Virus record (IMG/VR): IMGVR_UViG_3300048574_000448
Span: 1 to 32,124 of that record
From: a virus
Taxonomy: Duplodnaviria > Caudoviricetes
Direction: 5' to 3' (one strand)
DNA: 32,124 nt
Part shown: positions 1 through 8,915 of the stretch, in pieces
Numbering within the stretch: the first letter of the stretch is position 1
How the letters are laid out: each line of letters begins with the position of its first letter
The notes under the pieces: model-generated
What the model was told of the DNA's origin: nothing
What the model saw: only the letters and a program-made list of their open reading frames with translations
The model's database searches: none
Position numbers and translations under genes: made by a program

Positions 1-1
1 A

Positions 2-57
2 TGTCCGGGTGCTCAGGCAATTTTGTCCTGGTGCTCGAGCAAAATGTCCAAGTGCTC
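2..57 (+). repeat. Three direct repeats TGTCC-NN-GTGCTC at 21-22 bp period (putative operator/enhancer array)
   Basis: tgtccgggtgctc (2-14), tgtcctggtgctc (24-36), tgtccaagtgctc (45-57). Both linkers contain GCAA. Lies just upstream of the HTH-transposase operon. Confidence 0.8.
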
Positions 58-69
58 ATCGGGGTGTTC

Positions 70-384
70 ATGAACGCTAGTGTCACCGAAATCTGGATGA
101 GTGTCACCCGGGTGGCCGGGTTGTTGAGTAAGTCGGAGAAAACGGTTCAGAGGATGATCGCTTCCGGGCGATTCGAGTCGACCAAGGTCGAGTTACCCAC
201 CAAACGAGGCAAGACCCGAAAGACTTTCATCAAGGTGACGTCCGAGCTTCGGGAGGCAATGCTCCGCACCCGAAAGAACCTCGAAATCCATGAAGCACCT
301 TTCCTCAAGGCCGAGGAGATCGACGGAGATGTCCCGCTGACCCGATACTTCCTGGCGGACACAGAGGTGACCGATGAAAACTGA
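70..384 (+). CDS. Small winged-HTH DNA-binding protein (Mu repressor/MuA domain I-alpha-like)
   Basis: WMSVTRVAGLLSKSEKTVQRMIASG HTH followed by a basic wing (TKRGKTRKTFI). ATG at 70 has GGGGTG upstream, while the ORF-track start at 1 runs through the repeat array. Overlaps the transposase start by 11 nt. Confidence 0.65.
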   Translation: MNASVTEIWMSVTRVAGLLSKSEKTVQRMIASGRFESTKVELPTKRGKTRKTFIKVTSELREAMLRTRKNLEIHEAPFLKAEEIDGDVPLTRYFLADTEVTDEN

Positions 385-2326
385 ACGAATCGTTCTCTCC
401 AACGAAGAATTCATTCGGTTACTTGAGGAGAGCAGGGTTAGCGAAAACCGACGGGCGGCTCTGATGGAACCGACCTCACCGGCTCCGGAGATTTTCACCG
501 ACAACCTGCCACTGCACTCGGACACCGAGGCCAGACTTTTCGGAAGCTTCTGCTCCCGGGTGATTGAACGGCTTGATGGCTGCGCCTCGAAAGTTGCCGA
601 GTGGGTGACGATCACCGCCGACTACAACTCGGGCCGGCTGGTTCCCGCCCTGTTCGAACTGAAAGGCAAGCGAACCGAACGCGCCTTGCGCAGGTGGGTC
701 GAATCGTATCAGACCGCGGATTTCGATTGCTACGCCCTGATCCATCAGAGCCGGGCAACGAAGAAGGGCCGGAAGGTATCGGGCGAGGAGCAGGCAGTGT
801 TGTTGAATACCCTGCTCACCCCACGCCGGATCAAGATCGGTACCGCGATCACACGGTTGAAGCAGATGGAAATGCTGGGCATGGTGACCTCGCCATCCAG
901 CGTCCCCACCCTGAAACGCTGGTGCCAGGACTGGGCGAAGCATCATCCCGCCGAATGGGCGCAGGCTCGAAACGGAAGCAAGTACGTCGCCGAGAAGATC
1001 ATCAAGAGCATCCTTCGCGATCAGTCCAAGTTGAAAGTCGGGGATGTGTTCGTGGCGGATGGTCACAAACTGGCCTTCGACATCATCAACCCCGAGACAG
1101 GCAAACCCCAGCGCATGCTTCTGATTCTGATCATCGACTGGGCGTCGCGGTATCCGGTCGGGGCCGCCCTTGCCACCTCGGAAGACAGCCAGCACATCGC
1201 CCTCGCGTTTCGGAACGCCTTCCTGACCTGGGGAGCGCTCCCGAAGTACGTCTACCTCGACAACGGCAAGGCGTTCCGGGCGAAGCTGTTTCACGGGGAC
1301 TGGGAACGACATGACCTCGAAGACGAGTTGGGCGGTATCTTCCCCCGGCTGGGAGTCGGGGTGACCTTCGCCAAGGAGTACAACGCCCAGTCCAAGGTGA
1401 TCGAGCGATTTTTCCAAACCTTCCAGGAGCAGTTCGAACGGTTCGTGACAACGTTCCGGGGAGCGAGCGTCGCCGACAAACCCGCCACGCTGATGCGCAA
1501 TGAAGACTGGATGCGGACGATGTTCGAGGGCAAAGCCCCGACGATTGAAGAAGCCCTGTGCATGATGGAGTTCTATTTCAGGCAGGTTTACGGGAACTAC
1601 CCGCACACCGGGATCGGTAACCGGAAGCCTTATGAGGTCTTCTCCTCGGCTTCGATACCGGATGATCGCCGGGTCGAACCCACCCGCCTGCACTACCTGA
1701 TGCTCACCGCGATGCGTCGCACCGTCAACGCCGAAGGGATCATGCTCCACAAGCTTCGCTACCACCACGACGCCCTGGTCGACTATGTCGGACGGCAGGT
1801 CAACATCCGCTTCGACTACGCAGAGAGCCGGTGGATCATGGTCTTCGACGAACAGGATCGCTACATCTGCCACGCCGAGTTGCGAAGGACGCAGCACCCC
1901 TTCATCCATCTCGACACCGAGAACCCCCAGTCGATCACCGACCTCCGCAAGGAATTGAAACAGATTACCAAACTGCGCCAGAAGACACGGCAGAACACGA
2001 AGCGGGAAATCAAGCAGGCCCAGGAATCGGTCGATGTGATCATCAAACGGGCACCCAAGGCGATTGTCGAACAGTCAGGCATCTTCAACACCGAGACGAT
2101 GATCCCGGCCCCACCACCCAAGCCCCTGAACATCGAACAGAAGAGCATGGAAGCTTTCAAGCAACTCACCGCGAGTCAGGAAGCGAATACCGAGTCGATA
2201 GACGAAAATACTCCGACGGAAACAGCCATGAACCAGAGTATCCAAACGGAGATCGAAGACCTGCCTTTTCCCCAGCCGAAGCGGAAGAGCTTCGACGAGA
2301 TGTTGAAAGCAATAGGAATCAAATAA
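374..2326 (+). CDS. Mu-type DDE transposase (MuA-like)
   Basis: 650 aa. DDE motifs FVADGH, YLDNGKAF, SKVIERFF. Mu-transposase C-terminal-like segment (RTVNAEGIMLHKLRY...VNIRFD). GAGGTG RBS. Confidence 0.95.
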   Translation: MKTERIVLSNEEFIRLLEESRVSENRRAALMEPTSPAPEIFTDNLPLHSDTEARLFGSFCSRVIERLDGCASKVAEWVTITADYNSGRLVPALFELKGKRTERALRRWVESYQTADFDCYALIHQSRATKKGRKVSGEEQAVLLNTLLTPRRIKIGTAITRLKQMEMLGMVTSPSSVPTLKRWCQDWAKHHPAEWAQARNGSKYVAEKIIKSILRDQSKLKVGDVFVADGHKLAFDIINPETGKPQRMLLILIIDWASRYPVGAALATSEDSQHIALAFRNAFLTWGALPKYVYLDNGKAFRAKLFHGDWERHDLEDELGGIFPRLGVGVTFAKEYNAQSKVIERFFQTFQEQFERFVTTFRGASVADKPATLMRNEDWMRTMFEGKAPTIEEALCMMEFYFRQVYGNYPHTGIGNRKPYEVFSSASIPDDRRVEPTRLHYLMLTAMRRTVNAEGIMLHKLRYHHDALVDYVGRQVNIRFDYAESRWIMVFDEQDRYICHAELRRTQHPFIHLDTENPQSITDLRKELKQITKLRQKTRQNTKREIKQAQESVDVIIKRAPKAIVEQSGIFNTETMIPAPPPKPLNIEQKSMEAFKQLTASQEANTESIDENTPTETAMNQSIQTEIEDLPFPQPKRKSFDEMLKAIGIK

Positions 2327-2338
2327 CAAGGAGTAATC

Positions 2339-3046
2339 ATGCTACAAGGAAAACTGGTGAAAACGCACAATGTTCTCGAAGCCGAGAACTGCGTGCAATA
2401 CCTTCTGGATCGCCCCAAGATGGAAATGGTCGGACTCGGTTTGCTCTACGGGAGGCCTGGCCTCGGTAAAACGACCTACGCCAGCCGGATCGCCTTTTCG
2501 AGGGGTTACATCTACCAACGTCTGGAAGCCTGTGTCCGTCCCAAGTCCTTTGCCACCCAGATGCTTGAGTGCCTGAACCAGCGGTTCGGCGAATCCTCTC
2601 TGCCCGTGCACGGCTCGACGACGACTCTCTTCCGGCGCATCCTCACCCTGCTTGAGGATTACCCGAACACTGTCATCGTCCTGGACGAGATCGACTACGC
2701 CTTCGCCAAGCCGGATGTGCTGGGGATGATCCGGGACATCGTCGACGAAACCCTGGCGATTGTGATTCTGGTCGGCATGCAGAACGCCCGTGAGAAACTC
2801 CTCCACGTAAACGAGTATTACTTCGACCGCTGCAACATCTTCTACGAGTTCGTACCGGTCACCAAGCCCGACATCACCCTGCTCTGCAAGGAAGTCCTCG
2901 AGGTGAAAACCCAGCCGGACATCGCCGATTACGTCCACTTCCACGCCTGCGGCTCGATGCGCAAGGCCATGAAACTTCTCCATACCATCGAGCAGACCGC
3001 GAAAGCCAAGAACCTTCAGAAAATCAGTGCCAACGACCTGAACTGA
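2339..3046 (+). CDS. AAA+ transposition ATPase (MuB-like)
   Basis: Walker A GRPGLGKT, Walker B IVLDEID. Directly follows the transposase. AAGGAG RBS. Confidence 0.92.
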   Translation: MLQGKLVKTHNVLEAENCVQYLLDRPKMEMVGLGLLYGRPGLGKTTYASRIAFSRGYIYQRLEACVRPKSFATQMLECLNQRFGESSLPVHGSTTTLFRRILTLLEDYPNTVIVLDEIDYAFAKPDVLGMIRDIVDETLAIVILVGMQNAREKLLHVNEYYFDRCNIFYEFVPVTKPDITLLCKEVLEVKTQPDIADYVHFHACGSMRKAMKLLHTIEQTAKAKNLQKISANDLN

Positions 3047-3056
3047 GGAGAGAACC

Positions 3057-3542
3057 ATGACCGATCGCGAAATCTTCGCCAACTTCGTCAGCCAGTATCG
3101 AAAACCCTTCGATGTCGATGCGGTGAGTCTGTCCACCGGCATCCCGGTCAGCATGGCCAACCAACTGATCCGGGAGTTCGCGTCCAATGCGCGGATCAAA
3201 TGCCTGTTCGGTGGCGACAATCCCATCTGGGTGCGGGTCAACCGCTTTGACCTGCGCCTGTCTCAACCCCACGGCCTCACGCCCTACCCGGAGAAAGCCG
3301 CCTTCCTGCTGGGCTTCATCGAGGCAGGTCAGTATCAGTCTGTTCGCCAACTCGCCAAGGTAGTCGGCAAGAGCCGTCAGTGGGTCTATCTCTACCTCGA
3401 GGCCATGCTGAGTGTGGATGTCATCCGGGTCGAAAACGGGTTCTATACGGTTGGAGACAAGTCCCGCCTGCGTCTGGTGGGCACCCGTATCGACAAGGGG
3501 ATTATCAACCGCGAAAAAGGCCGTCGTTGCAGGGACTGGTGA
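3057..3542 (+). CDS. Phage early protein with probable HTH motifs
   Basis: 161 aa, GAGGAG RBS. HTH-like SVRQLAKVVGKSRQWVYLYL, with a second possible HTH near the N-terminus. Confidence 0.65.
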   Translation: MTDREIFANFVSQYRKPFDVDAVSLSTGIPVSMANQLIREFASNARIKCLFGGDNPIWVRVNRFDLRLSQPHGLTPYPEKAAFLLGFIEAGQYQSVRQLAKVVGKSRQWVYLYLEAMLSVDVIRVENGFYTVGDKSRLRLVGTRIDKGIINREKGRRCRDW

Positions 3543-3556
3543 AGAAGAGGGCACCC

Positions 3557-3955
3557 ATGGATTTGACGAACACACCCACCGCACGGAAGCTCCGGCAGGA
3601 TATTCAAGCCATACGACACAAGAAGTTCGGCTGGTCGGACGATGTGTTCCGGGAAATCTTGATTACGCTTGGGTTCGGTGAATCCCTGCGTGCCCTTGAT
3701 GAAGACCGGCTGGACGACCTGAAGTTCCTGCTGGTCGAACTCCATCCCACCGGCCAGCCCGAGGCGTTCGTACTCGACCGCCAGGGCCGTTTCGCCATGC
3801 ATCTGGCCCGGAAAATCGGCTGGGAGGAGCGCGAGTTGCGCTTATTCCTGCTCAAACGTTTCTCCAAGTCCCACTGGAACGTGCTCGAGACCAAAGAGAA
3901 ACGGGCGGTCATCGCCATGTTCCAAAACTACCTCAAGAAGCAATCCCAACAATAA
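3557..3955 (+). CDS. GemA/Mu gp16 (DUF1018)-like regulatory protein
   Basis: ATG at 3557 after GAGG. IQAIRHKKFGWSDDVFREIL...SLRAL and the C-terminal EKRAVIAMF pattern resemble GemA-family proteins. Position is typical of Mu-like phages. Confidence 0.65.
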   Translation: MDLTNTPTARKLRQDIQAIRHKKFGWSDDVFREILITLGFGESLRALDEDRLDDLKFLLVELHPTGQPEAFVLDRQGRFAMHLARKIGWEERELRLFLLKRFSKSHWNVLETKEKRAVIAMFQNYLKKQSQQ

Positions 3956-3977
3956 AAACTACTTTTGGAGGATTTCT

Positions 3978-4580
3978 ATGCCGAAGAGCAACACGTCCAA
4001 AATCTTGGTCGATTCCAAGGGTCGTGAGTTCCCCGCCTCGATCATCGACAAGGAACTGGTGAAGCGGGACACCCTGGTCGGTCGTATCGCGGAACGGGCC
4101 AAGAAACTACAGGAACGCATCATCGCCGACAAACAGAAGATGGTCGAGGAATTGGACAAGTATCTCGACGACCTCGCCAAGCGCAATGGTCTCAAATGGC
4201 GTGGTAACGCCGAGTTGGTCAACTTCGACGAGTCGATGAAAGTCGAGATTCGTTACCGTGAGCGCATCCAGTTCGGAGTCGAACTCCAACTGGCCAAGCA
4301 GAAGATCGACGAGTGCCTGAAGGAATGGACGACCGACTCCAACGCCAATCTCAAGGCGATCATCTCCGAGGCGTTCCAGGTCGACAAGAAGGGTGAAATC
4401 GCCAAGCACCGCATTCTGGCCCTGCGCCGGTACAACATCCAGGACAACACATGGAAAGAAGCGATGGAACTGATCGACCGGGCGATCCAAGTCACCTCCA
4501 CGAAGCAGTACATCGCCATCTACACCAAGCGCGAGGACGGAACCTACGAGCAGGTCGTCCTGAACTTTTCCTCTCTGTAG
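3978..4580 (+). CDS. DUF3164-like protein of Mu-like phages
   Basis: 200 aa. LQLAKQKIDECLKEWT, AFQVDKKGEI, ILALRRYNI, WKEAMELI, KQYI, LNFSSL match the family pattern. GGAGG RBS. Confidence 0.8.
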   Translation: MPKSNTSKILVDSKGREFPASIIDKELVKRDTLVGRIAERAKKLQERIIADKQKMVEELDKYLDDLAKRNGLKWRGNAELVNFDESMKVEIRYRERIQFGVELQLAKQKIDECLKEWTTDSNANLKAIISEAFQVDKKGEIAKHRILALRRYNIQDNTWKEAMELIDRAIQVTSTKQYIAIYTKREDGTYEQVVLNFSSL

Positions 4581-4669
4581 GAAGGTTTTGCATGCGTGGG
4601 GAACCGTTTTTGACCGGAAGGCAAGAAGAGGTAAATATGGGTATCGAAACAAGCGTGAGAGGTGAACGA

Positions 4670-4879
4670 ATGAGTGTTTTCAATGATGAACGCTGCTACC
4701 GGCCGGACGAGATCGCGGATAAGCTCAACGCCGATATCTCGACCGTCTACCGGCTGATCAAGGATATCGACGACCCCCTGCCCGCCTTCCGGCTCAAGAA
4801 CAACGGACAACTGCGGGTGCATGGAAAGGACCTGAACGCCTATCTGGAAAGCCACAAGGTCGATCCCCTCAATGAATAA
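4670..4879 (+). CDS. Excisionase-type (HTH_17/MerR-like) DNA-binding protein
   Basis: YRPDEIADKLNADISTVYRLI...LPAFR...QLRV...DLNAYL. Alternative start at 4637; both starts have a GAGGT RBS. Confidence 0.8.
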   Translation: MSVFNDERCYRPDEIADKLNADISTVYRLIKDIDDPLPAFRLKNNGQLRVHGKDLNAYLESHKVDPLNE

Positions 4880-5318
4880 CCGCGAGTACCGGATCAAGAA
4901 AGAGAACTGCCAGGAGAGTTATCTCGGTGGGAAAACCGATCCTCAGGAACTCGCGGTCATTTTCGGAGTATCCGACATTACCGTCCGCAAGTGGATCAAG
5001 TCCGGACGATGGGACAATCTGGCCAAAGAAGAACGGCGACTCGATCACGACATTAAGGTCGCCCGTAAGAAAGCACTCATCCAGGCTCTCCGTGAATACT
5101 CGAAAAATCCCGCCGACACCGCTCTGCAGAGCCTGGTCAGTCTGATCAAACACGATCAGCGTGAACATGAACCGGCGAAGGAGCTCAACGACTACATCAT
5201 CCGCTTCCTGGATCAAACCACGGATTACATGATTGAGAAGGGCCACGAGACCCTGTTGAAGCAGTTCCAGGAGATCGTGCTCGATCTCGCCGAATACCTA
5301 CGCCTGAAGAATGGGTAA
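4872..5318 (+). CDS. Probable terminase small subunit (N-terminal HTH)
   Basis: PQELAVIFGVSDITVRKWIKSGRW HTH. Helical protein immediately upstream of, and overlapping, the large terminase. Confidence 0.75.
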   Translation: MNNREYRIKKENCQESYLGGKTDPQELAVIFGVSDITVRKWIKSGRWDNLAKEERRLDHDIKVARKKALIQALREYSKNPADTALQSLVSLIKHDQREHEPAKELNDYIIRFLDQTTDYMIEKGHETLLKQFQEIVLDLAEYLRLKNG

Positions 5319-6855
5319 ACGCTTTGTCCAGAAGCAGCAGAAGGCACTCGCCGACATCGCTGCAAAAACCCTTTCGATCCTTCCATTTCCCGACGATACC
5401 CCGGAACTGAGAGCCTCCCGCATCGCCCTGGTGAAAGCCCAGGGCTGGGAGGCTTTCTCCTTTTTCTGCCGGGGTTACTTCCCGCATGTGTTCGGGCTTC
5501 CGTTCTGTGAAGCGCACGAGACGATGTTCCGGGAAGTGGACGAGAACAACGGGATCACCGCCATCACCGGATTTCGGGGACTTGGCAAGACCGTTTTGAT
5601 GGGCGTGGTTTACCCCATCTGGCGCATTATCCGGGGCGAGTCCTACGTCATCCATACCGCCGCCGACATCGACCTGGCGGAGGAGCGCACCGCCTTCACC
5701 CTGCACGAACTGCAGAACAACCGCCGCCTGCTCACCGACTTCCCCGAGCTGACTCCCATTGATACCTTCCCACTCGACTTCTTCCTGCGCAACCGCTGTC
5801 GCATCCGAGCACGCTCGATCCGCCAGTCCCACCGGGGGACGATCAATCCCCAAACCGCGAAACGTCCTGGGCTGGTGGTCTGCGACGATATCGACAAAGA
5901 AGAACACATCGGCAACCAGAGTATCGGCAAGCGTCGCATGAACATGATCCTGCACGAGATCGCGGGCGTGCTGGCTCCGGACGGCTCGGGCAAGGTGATT
6001 TGGCTCGGAAACCTCGTCCACCCCAACTATGCGATCTGCCAGTTCCAGGAACTCATAATCGCCGATCTGAAGGCCGATCGTCCCGACGACGACTTCCAAC
6101 GCGAGTCTGTGCTCCGAACCCCGCAACGGGCGATTCTGCGCTTCCCGCTGGAGACTCCGGAAGGTACTTCGGCCTGGGAAGAGCAATATTCGACAAGCTC
6201 GCTTCCCGATCTCCGGGCGAAGTTCGGCTTCACCGGCTATCAGCGGGAGATGCTCGGTATCCCGGTCATCGAAGGTAACATCTTCAAAAACCATTGGTTC
6301 CTGAAGTGGCGAACCTTGCCCCCGATGAAACGCGTCTGGCTCTACGCCGACCCGGCCTGGGGCGAGAAGGGGTGCTACAAGGCGATCATCAGCATCGGCT
6401 ACGATGGTCGGCTGTTCTACGCGATGGACGTCTGGGTCCGCCAGACCGAGAACACACGCTTCTTCACCAAGTTCCACGAGGTGTGGGAGTTCCTGAACGG
6501 CCGTTATGGTGCCCGCTTCCGGGCCGCGATGGAAACCTCGTTCGGTCAGGAACGCATCCTCGCCGACTTCGACCGCTGGTGTCTCGATACCGGTCTGGCC
6601 CCGATCAGTCGGCACATCAAGCGCATCGACAACCGCGAGAACAAGAACCTCCGCATCGAGCGTACCGAGACCGTGATTGAGACCGGCAAGGTCTTGTTTC
6701 CCGACGGCCAGGACACTCCGGTGCTGGTCTCACAGTTCCTCACCTATCCCGACGGCTACATCGACGCCTGCGACGCACTCGCGGGTTGTCTCGAACGCTT
6801 CGTCGAATACGACACCGGCCGCAACCGGGTTCGCGTGCGCAGACTGGTTTTCTGA
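5311..6855 (+). CDS. Terminase large subunit
   Basis: 514 aa. Walker A-like GFRGLGKT, Walker B VVCDD, nuclease motifs YADPAWG and DGYIDACDALA. Confidence 0.92.
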   Translation: MGKRFVQKQQKALADIAAKTLSILPFPDDTPELRASRIALVKAQGWEAFSFFCRGYFPHVFGLPFCEAHETMFREVDENNGITAITGFRGLGKTVLMGVVYPIWRIIRGESYVIHTAADIDLAEERTAFTLHELQNNRRLLTDFPELTPIDTFPLDFFLRNRCRIRARSIRQSHRGTINPQTAKRPGLVVCDDIDKEEHIGNQSIGKRRMNMILHEIAGVLAPDGSGKVIWLGNLVHPNYAICQFQELIIADLKADRPDDDFQRESVLRTPQRAILRFPLETPEGTSAWEEQYSTSSLPDLRAKFGFTGYQREMLGIPVIEGNIFKNHWFLKWRTLPPMKRVWLYADPAWGEKGCYKAIISIGYDGRLFYAMDVWVRQTENTRFFTKFHEVWEFLNGRYGARFRAAMETSFGQERILADFDRWCLDTGLAPISRHIKRIDNRENKNLRIERTETVIETGKVLFPDGQDTPVLVSQFLTYPDGYIDACDALAGCLERFVEYDTGRNRVRVRRLVF

Positions 6856-6862
6856 GGGTTCC

Positions 6863-7741
6863 GTGAACTACTACGACCGGGTCATGCTCGAATACTACCG
6901 GGTGCTGAACAACGCCTGGAAAGCCGAAATCAAGGATGCCGCACGGCGAGCGATCCAGATGCTCTCCGACCGGCCCCGGCACGAGAAGCTGTCCAAGACC
7001 CACATCGACCAGCTCATCGAGGTCATCGGTTCCCAACTCGGAGATGACTTCGCTTCGGCAGTCAACCAGCCGACCAAGGCTTTCATGGAGCGCAACCTGC
7101 GACTCGGCCTGAGAGATGCCCAGGTCATGGTTCCCGCCCGGGCCAGCGTAGGCTTGTGGGGACTCGAGGATCAGCGGCTCTCGAACATCATTCAGCAGCA
7201 GCAGACTTTCTGGGTGGGTAACCACTTCGAAGCGGACGTGCGGAAAAGCTTCACAGACACGCTATCTTCCGCCCTTGCCCAGGGATACACCAAGGAGATG
7301 CTCGCTGACGCGCTCAAGACCCAGTTCGCGAATCTCGCCGACAAGTCATCGTCCTACTGGCAGGGCCTGGCTGAGCACATCGCTTTGCGGGTTCGGGAGT
7401 TCGGCAGGCTGCAAGGCTACAAAAAAGCCAAAGCGCAATACTACCGGCTGGTGGTGATTCTCGACGACCGAACAAGTGACATCTGCCGTGCCCTCGCCGC
7501 CCAGGACAAGGTCTATCCGCTCGGAACGGCTCTGGAAGTCATGGACAATCTCCAATCCCTCAACACCCGCTCATCCAGCCTGGACGAGGCCCGCGACTAC
7601 ATCAAGGCCCTGGCCCCGTGGGTCAAGGATGACCAGGTGGTTTACAACGACGACGACGAACCGATCGGGGTGTCGGGTGCCCACACGCCCTTCCCGCCCT
7701 TTCATTGGCGCTGCAGAACGACGACGGAGATCGTGGGATAG
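6863..7741 (+). CDS. Phage minor head / head morphogenesis protein (MuF/gp30, SPP1 gp7 family)
   Basis: GTG at 6863 after GAGG. Motifs ILDDRTSDIC and PPFHWRCRTT. Confidence 0.9.
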   Translation: MNYYDRVMLEYYRVLNNAWKAEIKDAARRAIQMLSDRPRHEKLSKTHIDQLIEVIGSQLGDDFASAVNQPTKAFMERNLRLGLRDAQVMVPARASVGLWGLEDQRLSNIIQQQQTFWVGNHFEADVRKSFTDTLSSALAQGYTKEMLADALKTQFANLADKSSSYWQGLAEHIALRVREFGRLQGYKKAKAQYYRLVVILDDRTSDICRALAAQDKVYPLGTALEVMDNLQSLNTRSSSLDEARDYIKALAPWVKDDQVVYNDDDEPIGVSGAHTPFPPFHWRCRTTTEIVG

Positions 7742-7771
7742 GGGAATTGTAAAGGAGACGAATCCAACAAA

Positions 7772-7796
7772 GAAAACTGGCTTTCGGCCAGTTTTC
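7772..7796. terminator. Intrinsic terminator, probably bidirectional
   Basis: Perfect 10 bp stem gaaaactggc / gccagttttc with tttcg loop, between convergent genes. Confidence 0.8.
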
Positions 7797-7810
7797 GCTG
7801 TTTTGAGGGG

Positions 7811-8101
7811 TTATTTTTCTTCGGGATCAGTGAAGTGCCGGGCGTTGTCTTCGTCGTTCATGAATTCGGTTATAGCCTGCTTCGTGGCGTCCCAGTTCAG
7901 AATCCGGCCTGTCTTCAGATCGATATCGAGGCAAACATAGTCGCCCCAATGCTCATCCGGCATGAACTTCGGAACCGGGCCATCGTAGTGCTTCATCACC
8001 TTATCGTCTTTGTCTCTAAATGAGGCCTGGCATCCGCTCATCACCTTCGCGTTGAGGAACATCTTCCTCGGGGTGGTTGTTCTTGTCTTCTTCGTTCCCA
8101 T
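7811..8101 (-). CDS. Hypothetical protein, 96 aa (paralog 1)
   Basis: AAGGAG RBS (8108-8113). Shares YD..(V/I)P.F.P.E..G..(V/M)CL(D/E)IDLKTGRI(L/V)NWD with the adjacent gene. Confidence 0.8.
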   Translation of the reverse strand: MGTKKTRTTTPRKMFLNAKVMSGCQASFRDKDDKVMKHYDGPVPKFMPDEHWGDYVCLDIDLKTGRILNWDATKQAITEFMNDEDNARHFTDPEEK

Positions 8102-8134
8102 CGTAATCTCCTTTGTGCTTCTAATTACGTGACT

Positions 8135-8163
8135 ACAATGGAGTTAGCGCACAAGGAAGTCAA
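8135..8163 (-). promoter_or_regulatory. Putative sigma70-type promoter, copy 1
   Basis: Minus strand TTGACT-17 nt-CATTGT. Both boxes and the spacing are conserved in the copy at 8590-8618 while the spacer has diverged. Confidence 0.6.
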
Positions 8164-8245
8164 GTCTATTAGTCGATTTATCTGTAGTATTTGCAATAAA
8201 TTAGGGAGAGGATTTGGAAGAAAGAGGAGGTCGTTTCTCAACGAG

Positions 8246-8271
8246 GAAAACTGGCGGTGTCGCCAGTTCTC
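8246..8271 (-). terminator. Terminator-like hairpin, homologous to 7772-7796
   Basis: gaaaactggcg-gtgt-cgccagttctc. On the minus strand the single mismatch becomes a G-U pair. Lies just downstream of paralog 2. Confidence 0.6.
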
Positions 8272-8285
8272 GCCCTAGCGGAAAG

Positions 8286-8558
8286 TTAGATCACCAGTTC
8301 TGCGGCATCGCTGTCGAAGAACGCCTTGACCATCTCCTTGGTGACGTCCCAGTTCACGATCCTGCCGGTCTTCAGGTCGATCTCCAGGCACATGTTCTCA
8401 CCGTCGCGTTCGCCGGGGATGAATTCCGGGATACAGCAGTCGTAGAGCCGCATCCGTTCGCCGTTCTTGTTGAAGAAGTCCCACTTGAAATGCCCCAGGT
8501 AGTTCGCCCGCACCCGCACCGTCTTCGGCTTGTCGTTTCTGAGTTTCTCGCTGACCAT
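8286..8558 (-). CDS. Hypothetical protein, 90 aa (paralog 2)
   Basis: Start reassigned to ATG at 8558 (AAGGAG at 8565-8570). Clear similarity to 7811-8101. Confidence 0.8.
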   Translation of the reverse strand: MVSEKLRNDKPKTVRVRANYLGHFKWDFFNKNGERMRLYDCCIPEFIPGERDGENMCLEIDLKTGRIVNWDVTKEMVKAFFDSDAAELVI

Positions 8559-8589
8559 GTTTCGCTCCTTGTGCTCTAAACATGGTTCT

Positions 8590-8618
8590 ACAATGGAGAT
8601 AGGGCAGGGGGAAGTCAA
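8590..8618 (-). promoter_or_regulatory. Putative sigma70-type promoter, copy 2
   Basis: Minus strand TTGACT-17 nt-CATTGT, 455 bp from copy 1. Confidence 0.6.
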
Positions 8619-8915
8619 GGGGGAAGATTGTGTTATCGTGCAGTGGCTCGGATAAAAGCACAACTCTACCTGCGTTAGAATGTTGCTGCTTTCTGAACGA
8701 GAACACCCCATCCCTTAACGCCTTGCTTGAGCTGATTGCAACAACGTACTCAAACCTGACTGTTCATGCGACCCAACAAGCAAGTACTCTTACGTAAATC
8801 TATCTGCTGTCTAAAACACATGTTCTGTAGATATACCATCTATCCAAATCAATCTCATGCGAATCTGAGAAAGCGAGATATTCACTTCTGATGCCTAAAA
8901 GTCCATGTCAATAAT

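Noticed and set aside
2-57. Repeat array as a CRISPR
   Set aside because: Repeats are 13 bp with 8-9 bp linkers, far too short, and there are no cas genes.
476-1909. 477 aa minus-strand ORF (likewise 2342-3241 and 5197-6615)
   Set aside because: Antisense shadows of the GC-rich transposase, ATPase and terminase genes; no recognisable motifs.
8214-8706. ORFs 8214-8579 (+), 8398-8706 (-) and the 51-codon N-terminal extension to 8711
   Set aside because: They overlap the paralog-supported gene, its promoter or its terminator; the RBS and paralogy place the start at 8558.
8620-8915. ~300 bp non-coding gap as an ncRNA or attC-like site
   Set aside because: Only a short weak hairpin was found; no recognisable RNA family or attC box pattern.
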